A stretch of DNA of 64,000 bases from NCBI RefSeq assembly GCF_023055435.1, contig NW_025964372.1:9610001-9674000 (forward strand), given 5' to 3'. Both the position numbers and the translations under genes were made by a program. Positions 13,601 through 27,300 of this stretch are shown one piece after another (the stretch's first letter is position 1; every line of letters begins with the position of its first letter). The DNA comes from Haliotis rufescens (lineage: Eukaryota). The notes below the pieces were generated by a model. That model did no database searches and was not told the DNA's origin. It saw only the letters and a program-made list of their open reading frames with translations.

Positions 13601-16600
13601 AGTAACTACAACCTCCAGTGTAGCAACAACGTCCAGTGTGACGTGGGGTATTCTGTATGTAGAGGTACAACAACCTCCAGTGTGACGTGGGGTATTATGT
13701 GTGTAGAGTAACTACAACCTCCAGTGTAGCAACAACGTCCAGTGTGACGTGGGATATTCTGTCTGTAGAGTAACTACAACCTCCAGTGTGACGTGGGGTA
13801 TTCTGTAAGTAGAGTAGCAACAACCTCCAGTGTGACGTGGGAGTATTATGTTTATAGAGTAACAACAACGTCCAGTGTGACGTGGGATATTATGTTTATA
13901 GAGTAACAACAACCTCCAGTGTGACGTGGGGTATTATGTGTGAAGAGTAACAACAACGTCCACTGTGACGTGGGGTATTATGTGTGAAGAGTAACAACAA
14001 CGTCCACTGTGACGTGGGGTATTCTGTATGTAGAGTAACAACAACGTCCACTGTGACGTGGGGTATTCTGTATGTAGAGTAACAACAACGTCCACTGTGA
14101 CGTGGGGTATTCTGTATGTAGAGTAACAACAACGTCCACTGTGACGTGGGGTATTCTGTATGTAGAGTAACAACAACGTCCACTGTGACGTGGGGTATTC
14201 TGTATGTAGAGTAACTACAACCTCCAGTGTGACGTGGGGTATTCTGTATGTAGAGTAACAACAACGTCCACTGTGACGTGGGGTATTCTGTATGTAGAGT
14301 AACAACAACGTCCACTGTGACGTGGGGTATTCTGTATGTAGAGTAACAACAACGTCCACTGTGACGTGGGGTATTCTGTATGTAGAGTAACAACAACGTC
14401 CACTGTGACGTGGGGTATTCTGTATGTAGAGTAACTACAACCTCCAGTGTGACGTGGGGTATTCTGTATGTAGAGTAACAACAACGTCCACTGTGACGTG
14501 GGGTATTCTGTATGTAGAGTAACTACAACCTCCAGCGTGACGTGGGGTATTATGTGTATAGAGTAACAACAACCTCCAGTGTGACGTGGGGTATTCTGTG
14601 TGAAGAGTAGCAACAACCTCCAGTGTGACGTGGGGTATTCTGTATGTAGAGTAGCAACAAACTCCAGTGTGACGTGGGGTATTCTGTATGTAGAGTAGCA
14701 ACAAACTCCAGTGTGACGTGGGGTATTCTGTATGTAGAGTAGCAACAACCTCCAGTGTGACGTGGGGTATTCTGTGTGAAGAGTAGCAACAACCTCCAGT
14801 GTGACGTGGGGTATTCTGTATGTAGAGTAGCAACAAACTCCAGTGTGACGTGGGGTATTCTGTATGTAGAGTAGCAACAAACTCAAGTGTGACGTGGGGT
14901 ATTCTGTATGTAGAGTAGCAACAACCTCCAGTGTGACGTGGGGTATTCTGTGTGAAGAGTAGCAAAAACCTCCAGTGTGACGTGGGGTATTCTGTATGTA
15001 GAGTAGCAACAAACTCCAGTGTGACGTGGGGTATTCTGTGTGAAGAGTAACAACAACGTCCAGTGTGACGTGGGGTATTATGTGTGTAGAGTAGCAACAA
15101 CCTCCAGTGTGACGTGGGGTATTATGTGTGTAGAGTAACTACAACCTCCAGTGTAGCAACAACCTCCAGTGTGACGTGGGGTATTATGTGTGTAGAGTAG
15201 CAACAACCTCCAGTGTGACGTGGGGTATTATGTGTGTAGAGTAACTACAACCTCCAGTGTAGCAACAACCTCCAGTGTGACGTGAGGTATTATGTGTGTA
15301 GAGTAACATCAACCTCCAGTGTGACGTGGGGTATTATGTGTGTAGAGTAACTACAACCTCCAGTGTGACGTGGGGTATTATGTGTGTAGAGTAACTACAA
15401 CCTCCAGTGTGACGTGGGGTATTATGTGTGTAGAGTAACATCAACCTCCAGTGTGACGTGGGGTATTATGTGTGTAGAGTAACTACAACCTCCAGCGTGA
15501 CGTGGGGTATTATGTGTGTAGAGTAGCAACAACCTCCAGTGTAGCAACAACCTCCAGTGTGACGTGGGGTATTATGTGTGTAGAGTAACAACAACCTCCA
15601 GTGTGACGTGGGGTATTATGTGTGTAGAGTAACAACAACCTCCAGTGTGACGTGGGGTATTATGTGTGTAGAGTAACAACAACCTCCAGTGTGACGTGGG
15701 GTATTATGTGTGTAGAGTAACAACAACCTCCAGTGTGACGTGGGGTATTCTGTATGTAGAGTAACAACAACGTCCAGTGTGACGTGGGGTATTATGTGTG
15801 TAGAGTAACAACAACCTCCAGTGTAGCAACAACCTCCAGTGTGACGTGGGGTATTATGTGTGTAGAGTAACAACAACCTCCAGTGTGACGTGGGGTATTC
15901 TGTATGTAGAGTAACAACAACGTCCAGTGTGACGTGGGGTATTATGTGTGTAGAGTAACAACAACCTCCAGTGTGACGTGGGGTATTCTGTCTGTAGAGT
16001 AACAACAACGTCCAGTGCGACGTGGGGTATTATGTGTGTAGAGTAACAACAACCTCCAGTGTGACGTGGGGTATTATGTGTGTAGAGTAACAACAACCTC
16101 CAGTGTGACGTGGGGTATTATGTGTGTAGAGTAACAACAACCTCCAGTGTGACGTGGGGTATTCTGTGTGTAGAGTAACTACAACCTCCAGTGTAGCAAC
16201 AACGTCCAGTGTGACGTGGGGTATTATGTGTGTAGAGTAGCAACAACCTCCAGTGTGACGTGGGGTATTATGTGTGTAGAGTAACAACAACCTCCAGTGT
16301 GACGTGGGGTATTCTGTGTGTAGAGTAGCAACAACCTCCAGTGTAGCAACAACGTCCAGTGTGACGTGGGGTATTATGTGTGTAGAGTAGCAACAACCTC
16401 CAGTGTGACGTGGGGTATTATGTGTGTAGAGTAACTACAACCTCCAGTGTGACGTGGGGTATTATGTGTGTAGAGTAACTACAACCTCCAGTGTAGCAAC
16501 AACGTCCAGTGTGACGTGGGGTATTATGTGTGTAGAGTAGCAACAACCTCCAGTGTGACGTGGGGTATTATGTGTGTAGAGTAACTACAACCTCCAGTGT

Positions 16601-18204
16601 GACGTGGGGTATTATGTGTGTAGAGTAACTACAACCTCCAGTGTAGCAACAACGTCCAGTGTGACGTGGGGTATTATGTGTGTAGAGTAGCAACAACCTC
16701 CAGTGTGACGTGGGGTATTATGTGTGTAGAGTAACTACAACCTCCAGTGTGACGTGGGGTATTCTGTGTGTAGAGTAGCAACAACCTCCAGTGTAGCAAC
16801 AACGTCCAGTGTGACGTGGGGTATTCTGTGTGTAGAGTAGCAACAACCTCCAGTGTTGCAACAACGTCCAGTGTGACGTGGGGTATTATGTATGTAGAGT
16901 AGCAACAACCTCCAGTGTAGCAACAACGTCCAGTGTGACGTGGGGTATTATGTGTGTAGAGTAGCAACAACCTCCAGTGTGACGTGGGGTATTATGTGTG
17001 TAGAGTAACTACAACCTCCAGTGTAGCAACAACGTCCAGTGTGACGTGGGGTATTATGTGTGTAGAGTAGCAACAACGTCCAGTGTGACGTGGGGTATTA
17101 TGTATGTAGAGTAGCAACAACGTCCAGTGTGACGTGGGGTATTATGTATGTAGAGTAGCAACAACCTCCAGTGTGACGTGGGGTATTATGTGTGTAGAGT
17201 AACTACAACCTCCAGTGTGACGTGGGGTATTCTGTGTGTAGAGTAGCAACAACCTCCAGTGTAGCAACAACGTCCAGTGTGACGTGGGGTATTCTGTGTG
17301 TAGAGTAGCAACAACCTCCAGTGTTGCAACAACGTCCAGTGTGACGTGGGGTATTATGTATGTAGAGTAGCAACAACCTCCAGTGTAGCAACAACGTCCA
17401 GTGTGACGTGGGGTATTATGTGTGTAGAGTAGCAACAACCTCCAGTGTGACGTGGGGTATTATGTGTGTAGAGTAACTACAACCTCCAGTGTAGCAACAA
17501 CGTCCAGTGTGACGTGGGGTATTATGTGTGTAGAGTAGCAACAACGTCCAGTGTGACGTGGGGTATTATGTATGTAGAGTAGCAACAACGTCCAGTGTGA
17601 CGTGGGGTATTATGTATGTAGAGTAGCAACAACCTCCAGTGTGACGTGGGGTATTATGTGTGTAGAGTAACTACAACCTCCAGTGTGACGTGGGGTATTA
17701 TGTGTGTAGAGTAACTACAACCTCCAGTGTAGCAACAACGTCCAGTGTGACGTGGGGTATTATGTGTGTAGAGTAGCAACAACCTCCAGTGTGACGTGGG
17801 GTATTATGTGTGTAGAGTAACTACAACCTCCAGTGTAGCAACAACGTCCAGTGTGACGTGGGGTATTATGTGTGTAGAGTAGCAACAACGTCCAGTGTGA
17901 CGTGGGGTATTATGTGTGTAGAGTAGCAACAACGTCCAGTGTGACGTGGGGTATTATGTGTGTAGAGTAGCAACAACGTCCAGTGTGACGTGGGGTATTA
18001 TGTGTGTAGAGTAGCAACAACCTCCAGTGTGACGTGGGGTATTATGTGTGAAGAGTAGCAACAACCTCCAGTGTGACGTGGGGTATTATGTGTGAAGAGT
18101 AGCAACAACCTCCAGTGTGACGTGGGGTATTCTCTGTGTAGAGTAACATCAACCTCCAGCGTGACGTGGGGTATTATGTGTGTAGAGTAACAACAATATC
18201 CAGT
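10690..18204. repeat. 7.5-kb 44-bp minisatellite (ccagtgtgacgtggggtattatgtgtgtagagtaacaacaacct) with interspersed 18-bp partial units
   Basis: Direct periodicity; all ORFs here are repeat artefacts. Confidence 0.97.
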
Positions 18205-18711
18205 AGGAGACTGGAGATATGACCGAGATATTCTGATGATGTTCGTCGGAGCGTCTCTCTGTAGCAGCTGTTCAGACAATTTAGACGATTTGATAAGAAA
18301 GTGCTTCAACCTGCTGTTTTTCCTAAGATTTATTTCAGAAACACAAGATCATGTAGACATAATTATGTGAGTATTTGAGTCATAGAGGCAAGAACACCAC
18401 GGAATGACAGGGTTATAGTAGCTGCATATTGCTTCAGGCACACCTTCAGTAGTTACACAACAAATGACAACAGTAATGTGTGTAGCCGTGTATTTTCAAT
18501 GTGTGTTCCAAAAGCTGATTTCTTAATCTGAAGTGCGTCGTTTAAAAGGGCCGCGATTTCTCATTCGCAAAACAAACAATATGAACTCTGAACCTTCAGT
18601 TGGCATGTGATAAGGTCTTCTAACCAGACTGATTTCGCAATCAATTATTTCGAAGCTATTTTAGTACACACAGAAATGAAATGCTATGGAAATTCTGAAG
18701 CACTTTTGTCT

Positions 18712-20090
18712 TTGTTTGTACGTAACGTTTGTGTTTGGTTGTACGTAACGTTTGTATATGTTTGTATTTAAAGGTTTTTTTTGTCTGTATATAACGTTTG
18801 TACTTATCTGTATCGTTTGTACGTAACGTTTTGATGTTTACATAACGTTTGCATTTATTTGTACGTGACGCTTCTATTTGTTTGTACGTACCGTGTGTTT
18901 ATGTTTGTACGTAAAGTTTGTATTTGTCTGTACATAACGTTTGCACTTATCTGTACATAACGTTTGTATATTTCTGTACCTAACTTTTGTATTTGTCTGT
19001 GCATAACAATTGTATTTGTTTGTACGTAACGTTTGTATTTGTTTGTACGTAACGTTTGTATTTGTTTGTACGTAACGTTTGTATATGCTTGTACGTAACG
19101 TTTGTATTTGTTTGTACATAACGTTTGTATATGCTTGTACGTAACGTTTGTATTTGTTTGTACGTAACGTTTGTATTTGTTTGTATGTAACGTTTGTATT
19201 TGTTTGTACGTAACGTTTGTATTTGTTTGTACGTAACGTTTGTATATGCTTATACGTAACGTTTGTATATGCTTGTTCGTAACGTTTGTATATGCTTGTA
19301 CGTAACGTTTGTATTTGTTTGTACGTAACGTTTGTATTTGCTTGTACGTAAAGTTTGTATATGCTTATACGTAACGTTTGTATATGCTTGTTCGTAACGT
19401 TTGTATATGCTTGTACGTAACGTTTGTATTTGTTTGTACGTAACGTTTGTATTTGCTTGTACGTAAAGTTTGTATATGCTTGTACATAACGTTTGTATAT
19501 GCTTGTACGTAACGTTTGTATATGCTTGTACGTAACGTTTGTATTTGTTTGTACGTAACGTTTGTATTTCTTTGTACGTAACGTTTGTATTTGTTTGTAC
19601 TTAACGTTTGTATATGCTTGTACGTAAAGTTTGTATTTGTTTGTATGTAACGTTTGTATTAGTCTTTACATAACGTTTGTATTTGTTTGTACGTAACGTT
19701 TGTATTTGTTTGTACGTAACGTTTGTATTTGTTTGTACGTAACGTTTGTATATGCTTGAACGTATCGTTTGTATATGCTTGTACGTAACGTTTGTATTTG
19801 TTGGTACGTAACGTTTGTATATGCTTGTACGTAACGTTTGTATTTGTTTGTATGTAACGTTTGTATTTGTCTGTACATAACGTTTGTATTTGTTTGTATG
19901 TAACGTTTGTATTTGTTTGTACGTAACGTTTGTATTTGTTTGTACGTAACGTTTGTATATGCTTGTACGTAACGTTGTTATTTGTCTGTACATAACGTTC
20001 GTATTTGAACAGGACGTTTATATATTTCTGTACATAACGTTTGTATTTGTCTGTACATAACGTTTGTATTTGTGTGTACGTAACGTTTGC
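18712..20090. repeat. 23-bp minisatellite (tgtacgtaacgtttgtatttgtt)
   Basis: Period 23 (e.g. 19021 to 19044). Confidence 0.95.
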
Positions 20091-21259
20091 GTGTAGGTAA
20101 CCAGAGTAGTTTCAAAAAGGTTTTCTAGTATTTGATGCCCAGAAACACTCCCAACATTTCCAGATTTCGCTCATCTTTAAAACACGGGATGTTTGTCGTC
20201 ATATTACCAACTGGTTTGCTTACCAACATACGCTTCATTGCTCACGATGTATAATTGAGCGTAGATCCGCTCTACCACTACTGTTGACTGAAGCATGCTG
20301 CGGTCATTCCACACTGCGAGTGTTGGGTGTAACGCTACCAGTACATCTAAGTTATATCACGGCCCATTGATCGAAAGACCAAACTCACAAAGGTAATCTA
20401 TTAGCAATTTGCATTGTGTAGTTTGTCAATTTGTGTCAATTTGTTTTAATCTAATCACCGAATTAGTTAGTAGTTAGTCACAGTGCAAACATGTGTGTAT
20501 GCTCTGTAAAAGAGGCAATGTGCATCCCTCTTCAAGATCTGTGGCAGGTTTCAGAGGGGCTTGCAATATATGTGTACAATACTCAACAACAGGATAAAGT
20601 TACTCAACAGATACCACAACAGCTGGTTTACATAACAAGGTTATAGGTTAGGCAGACTACTTGACATGTGTTCACATGTATTATGTATATCAACCTCTAC
20701 AGGGGCATCTGCTGGCCGCAAGTGCGGTGCACCGTAGTGCACGTTTCCCAGTAAAACAAGGCAGGTGCTGTGCTCCATCAGATGTCAGAAACATGTTGGA
20801 AGGGTGAACACTTGGTACTACAATAATGAGCAAGACGGAGAAAGGCCACACACACAGAAGTTGACCAGTGCAGCTGTCACGGTGCAGCCTGTTCGTGGGA
20901 CGCTGTGTTGTCTCCCCTGGTGCGCCACCTGCAAGCAAAACACCGCATCTAATCTAGACTAAATACATATATCGTCTCAAAAGTTAAGTGTATTTTAATC
21001 ACATGAAAAGGAGAGAGCACAAGTTATCACAACTTAGATCGTTCTCTTGCACAGATTTACAGATACATGTACAATCAATATATTAAATGGCAGAATGGAA
21101 CGTAAAGAAGAGAAACAGCAAAACGTATGTATGTACCTTCTTATAGGTGAACGTAGTTTATTTAGACGTAATACAGACCCAAAGGCCCTGGATACACATG
21201 GAGAAGTAGAGGCAGAACACATCATCACTTACATAGCCAGATATATATATATATATATA

Positions 21260-22771
21260 CACTCTTCAAAAAATAGAAACGCATAGGTGTTTTGAGAATT
21301 CCAACTAGCTTTTTTTTCCCAGCTATCGTCATAAAGACAATTCTTATGTTTGATTACCGTTAATCATGTCATGTTCGTTGTGCATTGCGCGCAAACACAT
21401 CTCAAAATGCTTTTTTGTAAACGTTTATCAGCAAAAATGCAAAGGATGCACGGAAATTGCTTTCAGAAAAAGTTTTCAGCACAATGCACGTGCAAAATGT
21501 TGGAAACAAGAGTAGAGACACTGACTATAAAAGACCGTTTTAATTTCATCAGTTCATTACGAATTTTCTGACGTGAACGGAGATCTAAAAATGCCAAGAT
21601 TAACTGCAGCTGACCGAAATATCGCCATTGGACGTTTGGAAGCAGGGGAGTCCCAGTCTGCCGTTGCAAGACACTTCATCGTTCACCAAAGCACCATATC
21701 TCGACTATGGGATCGATATACCCGCACTTATTCGACTCAAGATCATCCCTGAAGTGGAAGACTAAGAGTGACCCCCCCTGCTCAGGATCGGTACATCCGG
21801 TTGCATCACCTTCGGAATCGATTTGCTACAGCTACGGACACTGCAGGACAAGTGCCTTGTATGCGAAAAATGTCCGACCAAACCATCAGAAATCGTCTGA
21901 GGGAAGTGGGAATTCGAGCGAGACGACCAAAAGTTGGACCTGTCTTGCGACGTCTACACCGTCAACGACGTGTCCGGTGGTGCAACAGAGTGCAGGCATG
22001 GGATCTCAGGAACTGGCGACGCGTTTGGTTCAGCGATGAGTCACGTTTTCTTCTTCAACGACGGGGTGGAAGACAACGTGTATACCGACGTCGACATGAA
22101 CGTTTTGCGCCGAACTGCGTTCGACAGGTGGACCGATTTGGTGGAGGGAGTGTCATGGTGTGGGGAGCCATATACTACACGGGTAGATCACAGTAAGGGG
22201 TTGTCCAGGGCAATCTTACAGCAAACCGATACATAGACCAAAATCTGCGTCCTCACCTCCTCCCAACTTTTGACCGCGGAGTTGTTCCAACATGACAACG
22301 CTCGGCCCCTTAATTTCCTTTTTAATGAGAACATCAATGTCCTTCCATGGGCGTCCAAATCGCCTGATCTCGAACCGGTTGAACATTTGTGGGACGAACT
22401 TGATCGACGCGTCCGTCAACGTCACCAGCGTCCCCACACACTGGCACAACTCGCCAACGCCTTACAGGAGGAATGGCGAAGAATTCCCCACGAAAAAATC
22501 CGATGACTTGTGCAATCTGTGCCAAGGAGGTGTCGAGCAGTGACGGCTGCAAGAGGTGGTGTGACCAGGTACTGACCATGACGCCACCGTGTGGCTACAC
22601 ATGTGCAATGACTGAACTGAATTAATGCTGACAATGACGACAATGCTTTTATCGATCACTGTGTCTAATTTCATTTGATTGTGTTCACGCATATTCTGTG
22701 TTGATACTTTTACCTCCGCTTAATAAATAGCCTTATTTTTTAACAATGCGCTGCTTTTTTTTTGAAGAGTG
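21260..22771 (+). mobile_element. Tc1-family DNA transposon, near full length, inserted at a (TA)n tract
   Basis: TIRs cactcttcaaaaaa... / ...ttttttgaagagtg, each flanked by TA. Confidence 0.92.
21591..22575 (+). pseudogene. Tc1 transposase pseudogene
   Basis: MPRLTAADRNIAIGRLEAGESQSAVARHF (HTH), WFSDESRF, GGGSVMVWG, QHDNARP, SPDLEPVEHLW; frameshifts and stops. Confidence 0.9.
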
Positions 22772-23166
22772 TAAATAGCCTGTTTTTAGACGGTTGCATT
22801 GATGATAGAATAAGCATATTAGATTTGTGGCTTGTAGTCGGAATCTCGTAACTTGAAACTATGGTCCTTGTGAGCTTCTAATGAACCAAATATTACTTAC
22901 CGAATACCTGTCATACCGTGTGGGAGTATATCGACGTTGACGCTGGGGGCGACTCACCTGTAATAAGCTGTTATCCCGGAAGGAGGGCGATGGGTGAACT
23001 ACACGTTGCTTACCCTTTTTGCGGACACCCTGTGTTATCCCTGTTTTTTAATGATCCATTCATATATTTTTCACCACTATTTTGCATTTTACACCTAATA
23101 GAAGTCCGTCGTGTGCGATCGTATCGACGTCAACACAGAGTGCTTCTCACCTGTATTCAGGTCCTA

Positions 23167-23260
23167 TCATGGTATGATGGTGATGAACTTCTCCCCACTG
23201 AAGTGCTCTTTCAAGGACAGTGGGGCCTGCAATGTCCCGTTGATATGTAATCGTACTGTC
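23167..23260 (-). CDS. Last coding exon of the Sushi + YWTD-like propeller gene (TVRLHINGTLQAPLSLKEHFSGEKFITIIP*)
   Basis: Acceptor cattttcag; phase 2 matches the 31124 donor; TGA at 23169-23167. Confidence 0.6.
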
Positions 23261-24311
23261 CTGAAAATGTTATTAACAAATGTCATCTCTGTAATATATA
23301 TATTTCCATGTGACATCAGTCTCAGTTTGAGTACTGCCTAAGATTCCGCCGGTAAATTCTACAACAACATGGCACATTCTTCAGGTGAGTCATATCATAT
23401 GATGTATAGAAGCAACGGAGCAATTGAACGCTACTAAAAAAATGGCAAAAATAAGAATCGTGTCTTTAGAGAACCGATTTCTGCTTCTGCATTTCAAAAT
23501 GAGTGTGTTACTCTTGTAAACAAAGACAAATGTGTTTCACAAGAAAATATATACAAGATACAATTTCAGTGGCCATTTAATGTGGAAATATATTAAAGTA
23601 TGTGAAGTATAGCACAATTTCATTATACTATACTTTCACTGCTACCCATACAAAAACTGAATTTGAATGACTGTTGGAAATTTTAATTTTAATAGAGCCA
23701 CAAACTCATCTGACTTATGAAGACACTTCAATCATCAACATTATTTTGGTACAAACATCTGTAGCAACATGAAGCAAACATGGTTACAAAAATTCTAGGA
23801 AAAAAAAGGATGCGTATTTTTTAACCACTTTTTTGACAATGAGGCTGAGTGCAAATAGTGATGCTGATCAGACCTGGACCTTCTAGAAGTCAGTACGCCC
23901 ACACACAATGTAAGACCGGTGCCCTTGCAATGACAATAATGTTTAATATTCAAACTGTAAGTGTATCCTGTGTAGGCCTCGGCGGTCAAAGTTATGACTG
24001 TTATCACTTTGACCAGCCAAGGGGTAACACTAGTCTAATTGACCAAACGCTAGGCCGACGTCCGTGGACGTGTACAGTTCGGACCTGCTTGAACTTGTTT
24101 CGCTATTTCCTCTTACATCACAGGACCATCCCCAGGCGGCCTCATCTAATGCTGCTTGAACGTTTTCTTCATGAGCCCAAGGGATTTCTCTGGCTACCAC
24201 GGGTAGGCTAGTATACGGTGGACCTACGATATGGTTCACATGACAGCCTTTTCACACCAACTTATGCTATTTCGCTGTAAAGGTGAAAATTCATAATATC
24301 GCAAGACAAAA

Positions 24312-27300
24312 TACCAACTACACCCATGTGTAAGCCCCACTACCAAATACACCCACGTGTTAACCCTACTACCAACAACACCCATGTGTTAACCCTACTA
24401 CCAACTTCATCCATGTGTTATCCCAAATTTCAACAACACCATGTGTTATCCCCACTACCAACAACACCCATGTGTTAACCCTACTACCAACAACACCCAT
24501 GTGTTATCCCTACTACCAACAACACCCATGTGTTAACCCTACTACGAACTTCATCCATGTGTTATCCCCACTATCAACAACACCATGTTTTGGCCAACTA
24601 CCAACAACACACATGTGTTATCCCTACTACCAACAACCCCCATGTGTTATCCCCACTACCAACAACACACATGTGTTATCACCACTACCAACTACACCCA
24701 TGTGTTATCCCCACTACCAACAACACACATGTGTTATCCCCACTACCAACTACACCCATGTGTTATCCCCACTACAAACTACACCCATGTGTTATCCCCA
24801 CTACCAACTACCAACTGTGTTATCCCCACTACCAATTACATGCATGTGTTATCCCCACTACCAACTACACCCATGTGTTATCCCCACTACCAACAACACA
24901 CATGTGTTAGCCCAACTACCAACAGCACACATGTGTTATCCCCACTACCAACAACACACATGTGTTTTCCCCACTACCAACTACACCCATGTGTTATCCC
25001 CACTACCAACAACCCCCATGTGTTATCCCCACTACCAACAACCCCCATGTGTTATCCCCACTACCAACAACCCCCATGTGTTATCCCCACTACCAAATAC
25101 ACCCATGTGTTATCCCCACTACCAACAACCCCCATGTGTTATCCCCACTACCAACAACACACATGTGTTATCCCTACTACCAACAACACACATGTGTTAT
25201 CCCCACTACCAACTACACCCATGTCATATCCCCAATACCAACTACCAACTGTGTTATCCCCACTACCAATTACATGCATGTGTTATCCCCACTACCAACA
25301 ACACCCATGTGTTATCCCCACTACCAAAAACACCCATGTGTTATCCCCACTACCAACTACACCCATGTGTTATCCCCACTACCAATTACATGCATGTTTT
25401 TATCCCCACTACCAACAACACACATGTGTTATCCCCACTATCAACAACACCCATTTGTTAGCCCAACTACCAACTACATCCACGTGCTAGCTCCACTACC
25501 AACTACACCCTTGCGCTAGCCACACTACCAACTGCACCCATGTGTTAGACACACTACCAACAACACCAATGTGTCAGCCCCACTACCAACTACATCCACG
25601 TGCTAGCTCCACTACCAACTACACCCTTGCGCTAGCCTCACTACCAACAACACCCATGTGTCAGCCCCATCACCAACTACACCCATGTGTTAGCCCAACT
25701 ACCAACTACCCCCATGTGTTAGCCATACTACCAACTACGTCCATGTGCTAGCCACACTACCAACTACACCCATGTGAAAGCCCAACTACCAACTACACCC
25801 CTGTGTTAGTCATACTACCAACTACGTCCATGTGTTATCCCCACTACCAATAACATGCATGTGTTATCCCCACTACCAACTACACCCATGTGTTAGCCCC
25901 ACTACCAACTACACCCATGTGTTAGCCCCACTACCAACTACACCCATGTGCTAGCCATACTACCAACTACACCCATGTGCTAGCCACACTACCAACTACA
26001 CCCATGTGCTAGCCATACTACCAACTACACCAATGTGTCAGCCACACTACCAACTACATCTACGTGCTAGCCCCACTACCAACTACGTCCATGTGCTAGC
26101 CACACTACCAACTACACTCATGTGTTAGCCTCACTACCAACAACACCCATGTGCTAGCCACACTACCAACAACACACTTGTGTTATCCAAACTACCAACT
26201 CAACCATGTGTTAGCCATACTACCAACTACACCCATGTGCTAGCCTCACTACCAACTACACCCATGTGCTAGCCACACTACCAACTACACCCATGTGCTA
26301 GCCACACTACCAACTACACCCATGTGTCAGCCACACTACCAACTACATCTACGTGCTAGCCCCACTACCAACTACGTCCATGTGTCAGCCACACTACCAA
26401 CTACATCTACGTGCTAGCCCCACTACCAACTACGTCCATGTGTCAGCCACACTACCAACTACATCTACGTGCTAGCCACACTACCAACTACACCCATGTG
26501 TCAGCCACACTACCAACTACATCTACGTGCTAGCCCCACTACCAACTACGTCCATGTGCTAGCCATACTACCAACTACACCCATGTGTCAGCCACACTAC
26601 CAACTACATCTACGTGCTAGCCCCACTACCAACTACGTCCATGTGCTAGCCACACTACCAACTACACTCATGTGTTAGCCTCACTACCAACAACACCCAT
26701 GTGCTAGCCACACTACCAACAACACACTTGTGTTATCCAAACTACCAACTCAACCATGTGTTAGCCATACTACCAACTACACCCATGTGCTAGCCTCACT
26801 ACCAACAACACCCATGTGCTAGCCACACTACCAACTACACCCATGTGTCAGCCACACTACCAACTCCATCTACGTGCTAGCCCCACTACCAACTACGTCC
26901 ATGTGCTAGTCACACTACCAACTACACTCATGTGTTAGCCTCACTACCAACAACACCCATGTGCTAGCCACACTACCAACAACACACTTGTGTTATCCAA
27001 ACTACCAACTACACCCATGTGTTAGCCATACTACCAACTACACCCATGTGCTAGCCACACTACCAACTACACCCATGTGTCAGCCACACTACCAACTACA
27101 TCTACGTGCTAGCCCCACTACCAACTGCTTCCATGTGCTAGCCATACTACCAACTACACCCATGTGAAAGCCCCACTACCAACTACACCCATGTGTTAGC
27201 CACACTACCAACCTACGTCCATGTGAAAGCCCCACTACCAACTACACCCATGTGTTAGCCACACTACCAACAACTCCCATGTGTTATCCCCACTACCAAC

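Noticed and set aside
10690-18204. CRISPR-like array or repetitive protein genes
   Set aside because: No unique spacers and a eukaryotic context; the 44-bp unit cycles through all three frames, so the ORFs are artefacts.
24030-24239. Short GC-balanced minus-strand ORF as an extra exon (similar case at 43321-43555)
   Set aside because: No recognisable motif and not needed for phase continuity of the gene model.
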